64,000 nucleotides of DNA from Azolla caroliniana (taxonomy: Eukaryota; Plantae; Polypodiophyta), in assembly GCA_043228905.1 (NCBI GenBank), contig JBHGNT010000008.1, positions 1,736,001-1,800,000 of the forward strand, given 5' to 3'. Each line of letters begins with the position of its first letter. The first letter of the stretch is position 1. Under the pieces are notes generated by a model, which worked only from the letters and a program-made list of their open reading frames with translations, was not told the DNA's origin and searched no databases. This document shows positions 53,445-64,000 of this stretch, one piece after another. The position numbers and the translations under genes are program-made.

Positions 53445-56400
53445 AGACGGGCCGGTTTTCTCCGTCCCAACTCTCTTGGCGCATACCGGAGGATGCGCGG
53501 TTAGGTGGGGGCGGATGTCGTGAAGAAAACCGTCCATAGGCGGAATCGGCGCACCTAGGCGTGGGAACCGGTTCTTCACGCGCGCAAGCTCCAAGTTGTA
53601 CATAAAAGCGAATTAGGAGGATAATCGGCAGGAACGGGCCCTAACTCAAGTGGAGACAAAGACCGCGCGAACAGTCTTTTCGGTCGCGCGCGCGAACTGT
53701 ACGAGTCGGCGGCGTAACTACGCGGATGCGTGAAAAACGGAGCGGATCCCTGTCCAAAAGGGACAGGGAATAAAGCTGATAGGACGGCCTGCTCGTCGGC
53801 CTATATAAGGAGCAGGAAAGAGCTGTTGCAGGGATCTCGTGCGGAGAGGACGAAGTGCTGCCGGACCGTTTCTGGGCGCTTCCCTCTCTCTCTCTCTGTG
53901 TTTCCTTCCTTCTCGAGCTCCAAAGCTTCTGTGCAGGGTTCCGGGGAGGCTCGCGCTGTTTCGAGGAACGCCCGAGTGCTTCCGGCAGCACCTCCGACCT
54001 GCTACCCCGTTTGTGCGTCGAAGCGAACAGGCATCGGCATCTGTTCGCCGGCCTGTTCGGTTGTAAACAACCTGTGCCCCATCGAGGGTTGTAGTCGTGT
54101 TAGCCATTTTTGTTAATACACATATTTAGTCATTCGCATCTGTCTGTGTCGGTGTCTGTTCGCGTTCTCCGTGCTGAAGGGCCGTGTCCCTGCGTATCCC
54201 CGGTCCTGCGTAGCCGGTTCTCTCTCTTTCTCCTCCCTTGCTTGCTCTTTGGTTCGAGACCCCCGCGGTCCCGCCTCATTTTCACACGCACTTGCGTAAT
54301 ATCTCGATAACGGGATCCCACGGACTCCAAACTATCACTATATGAGAGGAAATACAAAGTGGAAACACAGAGGCAACAACCTCATGCTCACGATCATCGT
54401 CAGACGGCGGTTACAACAAAAAGTGCTCGTAGCTACACACACACACAGTCTCTCTCTCTCTCTCTCTCTCTAATAACAACACAACCCCCATTCTGTGATT
54501 TCCCTAAGTTATATTTATACTCATATTACCTTAGGGCTATTTACAAATATAGCCTCAGTGGGCTTACTCTAACATATTTACAAATGTGTGCCATCCTCCG
54601 GTTCTCACCAGGTCCATCCTATCCAGTTTCCAAATTCCATACGGGTCCCTTCCGGATCCAATTCTCCTCTGGTTTTCAACCGAATCCCATCTAGAGGGAC
54701 TGAAATCTCAACAATCTCCCCCTTCACACCGGCATGGGATGTCTTGTTAGCCCGATCCGCCTTCGGCATGTGTCTAGCTTGTCGGTTGTCAGCACCTTGG
54801 TGAGCATGTCTGACATGTTCTCCTCCATGTGAACCTTCATTAGCGTGAAGTGTTTGTCCTCTAGTCTCTCCCGGATGCAGTGGTACCTGCGCTGGATGTG
54901 CTTTGTGTTGGAGTGGTACATCGTGTTCTTTGCAAGGTGGATGGCACTTTGAGTGTCATAGTGGAGCCGTTATTCCTCTTGTCGGATCCCTAGCTCTCCG
55001 ATGAAGTCCTTCATCCAGATTACCTCCTTGCTAGCTTCCACGACTGCCATGTACTCCGCTTCCATTGTCGATAGTGCAATGGACTTCTGCAACCTCGATG
55101 GCCATGATACAGCTCCCACTTCATAAGTCATGACATATCCAGATGTAGACCGCCTGGTATCCGCATCAGCCATCATATTCGAATCCATGAATCCGTCGAG
55201 TTGGGGTTTTCCTAAAACGAACCGGAGGCACATGTCTGAGGTTCCCTTCAAGTATCAGAGTATCCACTTGACCCCGTTCCAGTGTTCTCTTCCCGGAGTG
55301 CTCATGAACTGGCTAACTACTCCGACTACGTAACCGATGTCTGGCCGGGTACACACCATTGCATACATCAAGCTCCCGACGGTAGAGGCATATGGTATCT
55401 TCATCATATCTGACTTCTCTACCTTTTTCTTCGGGCTCTGCTTTCCGGACAACTTGCAATTTGCCAGAAGTCTCGATCCGACTGGTTTCGCCTCTGACAT
55501 GTTAAACCTTTGAAGCACCTTTGTCGCGTACTTCTCCTAGCCGACTCCCTGACATGGTACTAGGATATGGGAGGTATCCCACTAAGTATTACGCTACGAT
55601 GATACCATTCATTGCAACACAATCGCTTTGAGGTCTAGGTCGAAGGACTGACTGTAGACAGTGTTCCGAATTGGTAACACTTTTGGCACGCTTGGTGATC
55701 TCTGTTTTCTCACAGACAATCAATGACGATTGGATGTTTAGCCGGAGACGACCTAGAGAACCAACACGACATGACCGACCAATCACACGGTCCATCACAC
55801 GCCAATCAGAGGAGCGCGCACGGTAGAAACCCTGCATCAACGACCTTAGTGATACCTGTCGGAACCACAAAGACGATTTCTCGCTCCCCAAATACCTTGG
55901 CGAGACGCAGGAAGCGCACTCACCACAAAAGCACTGTGGTCTTTCCTTGCCCGCCGTAACATCCAGCATGGCCTTTTCTTATCTCCGCTTCAACGGCGAA
56001 ACTGACGTCGTAACCCACATTAGACTGTTCCTAAATGTCTGGAATGCAAACCACATGGCGCAGAGCCTTTTCGAAGCAGTAGCGCACCAGTCCAAAATGA
56101 CGGAGTTCGGATTAACCTTGGATGGGAGAGCGGCATTTTGGCATTCACAGAATGATTTGCCATCAATCACGACCTTCGACTAGCTGCAGTCAGCCTTTCG
56201 GGGTTGTTTTCATCGGAGGGTACCGCAACCCGAAATACTTGGGCAATTTTACACAATTAAACAGTTTCCGATCGAGACGGTAGCGGATTTCAGTTTGTGC
56301 TTCCAAAATCTACGACGGAAATTAGAATGGGGCCAGACAGAGGACGAGGCTCGGAAGACATTTCTGGCAGAATTACGATGACCCATACAGACAAGGCTCA

Positions 56401-59318
56401 ACAACAATAGCGTGATAGGGGAAACGACCGATATGGTCATAAAACGAGCGCTACAACTCAAGCTGGACGAAGAAGAGGAAAGGTTTTCCATGTCCTCATT
56501 ACGACAAGTGTTACCTCAGGACGAGGAATGACATTTTCACCAAGCGATCCAATGCACGATTTGCTTAAATTCGGGGCATTTCGTAGTTGAATGCAACATG
56601 CGAATCCACTGTCCAATCTGTCACTCGAAAGCTCACACAGTTGAGCAGTGCGAGCACAATGTGTTGAATAGATCCACGCCCACAGTACGCAACGTGGAAA
56701 CACAGCGTCCCCTACGCCGTAATGAGCAAAGGCGGCAAAAAGAACGACCCTGGTATATGGATCGGAACCCACGCGATGACTAGCACTACTGGAATCGCCG
56801 GAATCACAACAATTCCGAGGAAGACGAGCTGGAGGATGAAGACTACTGTGGCAACCACAGAAATACTAAACGGGGTCCACGCTATGAGAATTACTGTTCG
56901 ACAAACAAACGTGGCGGCTTCAATGGGCCTCGCGGAAAACATCGTTAGTATCGGGACCAACGACGGTACGACGAAAGTTCGGACGATGACCGGCACTAGG
57001 AACCGCGCCGGGACCAACAACAACCACCGCGTACCTCCAACGAACGAATCAGGACCGGGAGGAGCAAGTCACACCCGGGGTTCGGCACACACCACCAATT
57101 GCCGAGAAGGGCGAATCTAGAGTCCATTGTTTTGTTTGTCAACAACCCAGACATTATGCCACACAATGCCAAGTACACAAGGGCAAGGGATCCACCGTCA
57201 ATACGATTACGGCGGAAGTATAGCAAGTCACGACATGTCAGCAAACAAAAAAAGCTGATTGGGCCGCGCAAGATGAGATACGTCAGATAGCCCAAGCATG
57301 GGTTGAAAAAGCAAACGCGGCAAATACGGAACGCATGCGGAAGGAGTCCGCAAACACGGTGGAACTATTGGAGGAAGAGGGAACATCTCCGGATCCCATA
57401 TGGCAAGCACTGACAAGCTGCGAGATAACGTTAACCATGGAGAAGCTACTGCAACTAGTTCCACAATTCCGCCAAGCCGTGGAAGAGCAGATAATGGGTA
57501 GACCTGGGGTAAGCGTCGCCGCGAATTTTACGGACATCAACGTTGGACCAACAGTGGTGGATCACCGCAATCCGGCTATTAAGTTTATACTACACGGTCA
57601 GGAAATCCCACGATGCGTAATTGATGGCGGCTCAGGCGCTACTGTAGTTACCGCGAAGACATGCGAACAATTGGGAATTGCAAAATGGGAAGCTTGCTCG
57701 TTTTGGCTTTGCATGGCGAATACCCGCTCAACACGACCATTGGGTTTGATACGCAAGGTAGGCATTATCGTGCGAGGACATCGCTTCGACATCTCGGTGG
57801 TTGTCCTCGCCCATGACGCCCCAGGAGCGTATCCTATGTTGCTAGGCAGATTGTGGCTTCGTTCAGCAAATATCAAGCAGAGCTGGCAACACACGTGTAT
57901 CGCCTTTCGACGCGAACGCACCAAACTTTGTGTACCAACAAAGGAAATAGCAGCACAACCGAAGGGCATAACACCATTATACGCGGAGGATATAAATATG
58001 TTGGCTGGGGTGGAGGATATAGAATTAGAGGTATACCGAGACGAGCACCCCCGGATCATTCCGCTATTTGAAATCGACGTCACCGAAACCGCGACGGAGT
58101 ATGCCACGCCCACTACGCTCCACGATGAGGCTTACGAACCAAACCCGGAGTAAATATTAGAACTAAGCAGACCACGGGCAGCGTTCAAGAGGGAAATGGA
58201 AATTTCATGACGAGTCACTGTCTCAGCCCTGGAAGAAGTAAATTTGGGTATGGTGTTGGAACCCCAATTCCTCTCCATCGCAAAAGAATTACTGCCGGAT
58301 CAGAGAGACGCGATGATAGCACTACTCAGGAAGTATAAAGATGTGTTCGCCTGGGCCCATGAGGACATCAAGGGGTTAGATCCGAAGTTCTATCAACATA
58401 AGATCAATTTAGTGACCGACGCGAAACCGGTCTAGCAACGTCGATACCATATGAACCCAAACTACGTGGGCCGCGTAAAAGAAGAAATTGAGAAACTCCT
58501 CAAGGCCGGATTCATATGACCAGTTAAACAAGCTACATGGTTAAGTCCGATCGTAATCGTACCAAAGAAAAATGGCAAAATACGTGTATGCGTGGACTAC
58601 CAGAAATTGAATGTCGTAACCATTACTAACGCATTCCCTTTACCGTTCACCGATAGTGTATTGGACGCCGTCGCAGGGCATGACATGTACAACTTTTTAG
58701 ATGGCTTGAGTGGGTACAACCAAGTACGCATGCACCTCGACGACCAAGAGAAGACGACGTTTATCACGGACTGGGGAGTCTATGTCGCAGTCGTCATGAT
58801 GTTCGGGCTAAGGACGGCGCCGGCTACATTTCAACGGACAATCATGGAGATTTTTGGGGAATATATTCTGGCCTTCATGCAAGTTTTTTTAGAAGATTTT
58901 GCGGTATATGGGACAACAACTGACCATTTTCCACATCTGTAGCTTTGCCTAGAGCTTTGCCGAACCGCACGTTAAGTCTGAATCCCACCAAATGCGCCTT
59001 TGGTGTTACCAACGGGGCTCTCCTCGGCCACATAGTCAGTAAGGAAGGGATAGTGGTCGATCCGAATAAAATCTCCATGATTACTCACGCAAAAACACCA
59101 ACAAACGCGAAAGCACTCAACCGGTTTTTGGGACAAATACGATGGAACAATCGGATGATACGCTATTTGGCGGACTTCGCCATGCCGTTACATGCCGTCG
59201 TTCATCAGACTCCTTTCCAATGGACAGTTATGGAAGAGAAGGCATATGATGCGCTAAAGGTAATGCTAACGCAGGCACCCGTGATACAGCCACCAGTTTG
59301 GGCGAAGCCATTCCATGT

Positions 59319-59975
59319 TGTCGTGTTGTTACGTGCGTGCATATAGAGCGAGGCGGGACCACGGGGGACTTGGACCGAGGAATAACCGATCAGGAGTAGG
59401 AGCAAGATAGACAACGACCGTGTTTCCGCACACACACACACAAATACACAGAAACTGCAACCGAATGAAACAACCGAAACAAAACGAATGCATATATGTA
59501 TATATATATTCTGAGGACAACCAGCAGGCCAGTGAGCGACAATCTCCTACGCCTATGCACACAGAAGAGCGAGATGGAGACTCTGCCGGAAGCACTCGGG
59601 CGTTCCGCAGAGCAGATTCAGCCTCTCGAAAACCTGCACAAAGCAGATACAAAGAAAGATGGAGGAGAAGAGCTTGATCCCAGTCCAACAGCACTTCGTC
59701 CTCGACAAAAGCGATCCCTTTTACGATTCCTCTCCCTCTCTTTTATAGCCCAAGGAGGGAGGTCGTTACAACTTGTTACATCATCATTATTCTTTGTCCT
59801 TTTGGACAGAGATATGCCTCGATTTCCTACCTATCAAATCTGTGCGAACTAGGATATTCACATCAGCTGACTTGTACCTAAATATCTACATTACAACAAA
59901 ACTTGTGCCTGCGTGTAAGGCCAGTTCGCACACATCATTCTCCGATTCCGCCTAGGGATGGTTTTCTCCACGACA
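59319..59975 (-). mobile_element. Solo LTR related to the tandem-gypsy LTR, inserted in RNase H
   Basis: TGTCG..CGACA ends. Minus-strand start TGTCGTGGAGAAAACCATCCCTAGGCGGAATCGG. TSD ATGT/ACGT; removal restores FHVFVDA. Confidence 0.92.
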
Positions 59976-62084
59976 ACGTGTTCGTAGATGCCTTAGACAT
60001 AGCAATAGGTAGTGCGCTAATGCAGCCCACGGAGCTGAATTGGTACCGATTAGTGTACTACGCTAGTCAGAAATTGTCAACAGCGGAGCGAAACTATTCC
60101 ACAATGGAACGTGAGGCGTTGGGTATGATATACAACATCAATAAGTTCTGGCATTATCTGTTAGGGCGGAAATTCACGTTTCACGTGGATCATTCGACAC
60201 TGTTATATTTGGTACGAAAACAAGTGTTGACGGGGAAATTGGCTAGATGGATGCTAGTACTTCAAGAATTCGACTTTGTAATTCAACACCGCCCGGTATG
60301 CAACATGTAGTGGCAGATTTCTTGAGCAAACTAGATAATGGAGAAACGGCACAGAAGGATAACGACGACTTTTCGGATGCGGACATCCTGCGGGTAGCAA
60401 CTCTAGCAGAACGAATGGAAAAGACTTTTCCAGATCGGTGGCTGATGGAAATGACCTACTTCCTAACCACGGGGTTACCGCCACCCCAATTACGGACGAA
60501 CGAGAAAAAACGGCTGGCCGTACGGAGTCGACATTTCTATTTAGTAGAAGACATACTATACCACAAAGGCAGTGACAGTATTTGGAGGCGCGAAATATGG
60601 CAGGATGAGAAGGTCACGGTTCTACGCGAAGCCCACTGTGGTACGGCGGGAGGACATTACGCGGGCGATGTTACGGCCCGGAAAATTTGGCAAGCGGGAC
60701 TTTGGTGGCCGACGATGCAAAAAGATGCATATGAATATTGCAGACAGTGCAATCTATGTCAACGACTGGGCCTGCCTACGAAAGTCGCGAGGATGCCACA
60801 CCAACCAGTGTTGCCACTGGATCCTTTCCAAAAGTGGGGGCTAGATTTTGTGGGATCTTTTACCCCGGCGGCCGCTGGAATAGGCAATAACTACATCCTA
60901 GTGGCCACGGATTACTGTACCAAGTGGGTAGAAGCGAAACCACTACGTGAGAATACCGCGATAGTGACGACGAAATTCCTTTACGAACACATCTGGTGTC
61001 ATTTCAGCTACCCTATCGAGCTCATTAGTGACCAAGGGAGTCACTTCCTCAATACAGTCATCAGCGAACTGACCCAGCATTACGCCGTTGTTCAGAAAAA
61101 AAGTATGTCGTATTACCCTCAGGCAAATGGCTTGGCGGAATCCACGAACAAAACCCTACAAACTATCCTAAAAAAGATAGTCAATGACAACAAAATGGAT
61201 TGGGATACCAAATTACACAACACGCTCTGGGCATACCGTACCAGCTATAAGACTAGCATACAATCAACGCCTTTCCGACTAGCATTTGGTCTGGAGGCCG
61301 CGATGCTAGTCGAATTCCAGGTACCCAATTTGCGGATTGAAGTACGAGCCCAGAGGGCAAATCCGAACAAGTACGGCTACAACAACACTAGAACTAGGAG
61401 AAACAAGGTTACGCAGTATGGCCATATTAGAGCAGGATCAGCGGCGGCGCAAAGCATTCATGGATCGACACCGACATATGCATGAAAAAGACTTTACGGT
61501 TGGGAAAGCAGTATTAGTTTTCCAAACACGCATGGGGCATATGCCAGGAAAATTAAGATTCCACTGGACAGGCCCGTATTGGATAGTGGGAGCAGAAGAG
61601 GGCATGTTTCAACTTGGCACATTGGCCGGGGAAGTGTTACATCAAAAAGTGAATGGGTTTCTCCTGAAACCTTATCTTGGACCTACGCCACCTAACCCGT
61701 TCCCTGCCAAACAGGACAAAGTCGGAGAATCCGCAAAGTAAGTGGATGGCCCCACTTCTATTATAGTGTAAAAATAGTATTGTATATAACCGTTACGAAA
61801 AAAAAAGAAAAGAAGAAGAGAAGATAGTGACACTATTAAAAGGACTTAAGGAATGCACAAACTTCTAGGCCAAGAACACGAGGCCCCACGATGGCTCATT
61901 GACCAAGGAACCCTAGGCCACAAAAAGAAGGAAATAGATGTTTTCTGCACAATACAGAAACCAACCTTCTAACTGTCATCGCTCTCATCGCTCTCCTTCC
62001 TCCCCCTCTTCGCCATCCTATCAGAGAGCCCAAGTGCGCCATAGCCAGCAATCCTCACCCATTAGCCACGATCCGAATCTGACT

Positions 62085-64000
62085 ATGCCGATACCCATTT
62101 CTGTCGCCTTGTGTTCATGGCTTGTGGAGAAACGCTTGGATGGATACATCTGAGTCGCCTCCCCACCTCCCCACCCTGAAGTCCTAGATATCGCCAGGAA
62201 GCTCAATATCGACATGGTCACCAACACATCCATCCGGAAAAAGCTTGACCTGTCATCTCTAGGTGAAAGGCAGTTCGAAATCCCTCCTGAGGAATCTTTG
62301 CAGAGATATTTCGGTCCATATTTGTCATCCGCCAAGGCATATAGAACGAAGGAGATCTCAGACCCCTTTTTCCACGAAATCACAAAGTTCCTGTTGGAGG
62401 TCGGATGCGTACCTGTAAACGTATATGGGATGCCCAAGCAGAAGGCAGGTATCATCATTGATACCTTTGAAGGGCGTGCGGTCGATTGAGGGGTCATTAC
62501 AGGGCCGGCATTACGGGAAGGCCTGCACGCTATCAAGGAGTCAAAATGCTCGGGCCTATCATACAACAGTATCTGACGATACTATTCCCACCCCGAGGTC
62601 TGCCGGCACCGCAGCCCAGCAAACCCACGCCGCCACCACAATCCGCGAAGCAAAGGTTAGCGGAGTTAACCACCACAGAGTGGGAGGATGAACCCCAACC
62701 CGCCCAGCCGAACACGCGATAGGAACAGTAGGCTGAGCGCACCGAGGAAGTGGCACAGGAGCTAGAAGCCGAACCACAACCAGAAAGCCCGAGGCCGAAA
62801 TGGCAGAGATTGGACAGGAAAGATGGGCGCGGGTTAGTTAAAGACACACTCGCGGGCAAAGATATGGCAACCGGGGTCGACAGCTCCGTAGCTACGGAGC
62901 CCAACACCACCTTCGAAATAATCCAGGAGCCATGGCCGATGATTACGGCCTAGTCACAGCGGGGAAAGGCATATTTACAGCAGAAAGCGAGGTCCTGGCA
63001 TATTCGGACATTCCGGACACGGCCCATGAGTTTGGCGCACTATTGCAGTTCGGAACCACTTTTGAACTCATGGAATTTTTGGCAACGCAAGAAATAAAAG
63101 TCTCACAAAGAATGGCCGAGGAGCACACGGAGCACCAGATGATCGAGCGCGCGCTAACACAAACGGCGGAAAGCAACGATGAGGATCAATTACCTAGAGT
63201 CGGCAGACAGAGGAACGTCAGTATACGCCGAATGGGGATGGAACTACCCCCATTAAACGCAACCCTGGTCGAAGTTCATCGGGAATTTGCAAAGGTTAGT
63301 ATAGGCGCCAAGGATATGGCGATTAAAAATAAAAATGTTTGGAAGACTGTCAAACTGACCCAAGTCGAGCTACAAAAGGCCAACGCACGCATCACGGAGT
63401 TAGAGCTTAACGCGACTTCGGCGCAACAGGCAGCTCAACCAACAGCCAACGCCACCGAGGCCCTAAGAGAAGAAATTGAAGCCCAAACTGCCATTGCCTC
63501 GAAAGCAAAACGGGTCGTGCAACTGGCGGAATCAGAGATTGACCGTCTCTGCTCCGAACTTCGCCAGTCCTCGGACAGAGAGAAAGACATCCGGGCCAAC
63601 GGCCGAAAGGTAGTAAAAACACTTGAGGAGAAACTCGCAGCGAAGGCAGCACAACACACTTGCATGAAAGAAGAAAATATCAAACTACGGGAGGAAGCAA
63701 GAAAATCGAAAGTGGCGATTACGGGGCTCCGGGCGTTATTAGAAAAAAAGAAAGCATGGTTCAACGAGCAACTAGTTGGAGAATAGGAGAGGAGGCATCA
63801 AGTAGAAATCCGCTTGAATAATGAAATGGGAAAGCTGGGAGAACTACATTCGAAGGAATCTCAACTCTGGGCAGGAATGAGGAGCACTTATGAGGAAGTG
63901 GCAACGGTTAGTAAACAAGAAATTGAAAACCTCAAGAAATCCGTAGAAGAAGCACGCAACCATTGCCAAGCAATAGCAGACAACGTGCGCATACTTCTGC
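62085..64000 (+). pseudogene. Extra ORF downstream of pol (globular N-terminal part, Pro-rich linker, long coiled coil)
   Basis: Successive ORF pieces at 62214, 62486, 62750 and 62932 with heptad-rich sequence, broken by stops and frameshifts. Confidence 0.7.

Larger units (their letters stand above)
40486..54309 (+). mobile_element. Tandem Ty3/gypsy: LTR-internal-LTR-internal-LTR, period 6515 bp, 4-bp TSD ACGG
   Basis: 794-bp LTRs at 40486-41279, 47001-47794 and 53516-54309. ACGG at 40482-40485 and 54310-54313. PPT before the second and third LTRs. Confidence 0.97.
40374..55540 (-). mobile_element. Tnt1/Tork-like copia 3' end: RT-RNase H 54724-55540, PPT 54714-54724, 3' LTR split into ~40374-40485 and 54314-54713 by the tandem gypsy
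   Basis: IPYASTVGSLMYAMVCTRPDI, YHSNTKHIQRRYH. The LTR-like motif TTTACGTGGAAAACCC..GGGAAAAACCACGG|G is rejoined across the insertion. Confidence 0.8.
55541..64000 (+). mobile_element. Non-chromovirus Ty3/gypsy (Athila/Phygy-like), degenerate, 5' LTR nearly lost, runs off the window
   Basis: gag with knuckles ~55970-56700, CVIDGGSG protease, RT (FLDGLSGYNQ), RNase H, integrase (PFQKWGLDFVG; YYPQANGLAE) and WTGPY. Confidence 0.92.

Noticed and set aside
40611-54357. Many overlapping and antisense ORFs in the tandem gypsy and its LTRs
   Set aside because: Expected by chance in GC-rich DNA, with no recognisable domains.
55555-55572. Assigning a primer tRNA to TGGTACTAGGATATGGG
   Set aside because: The position fits a PBS, but I cannot match it confidently to a tRNA 3' end.

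Overview
Eukaryotic nuclear DNA, almost certainly a land plant and probably a non-seed plant such as a fern (inference from the LTR families present). About 80% is nested, mostly decayed LTR retrotransposons. The left half holds a tandem segmental duplication (copy A ~2320-18090, copy B ~20880-30410). Each copy carries an apparently intact two-exon metallothionein gene on the minus strand, which the ORF track misses. The duplication also holds remnants of an unclassified TIR DNA transposon: 29-bp TIRs, a TTAA target inside a gypsy protease-RT linker, internal palindromes and a transposase-like C-terminus. An exon resembling a bacterial-type beta-class N4C/N6A DNA methyltransferase lies about 0.9 kb inside another such end. 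The right half is a nest of copia and gypsy elements. It includes a very young three-LTR tandem gypsy (period 6515 bp, tRNA-Trp PBS, 4-bp TSD, -1 frameshift signal) and a non-chromovirus gypsy with an extra 3' ORF interrupted by a solo LTR. All calls were made by eye without database searches, so boundaries of degenerate remnants are approximate.
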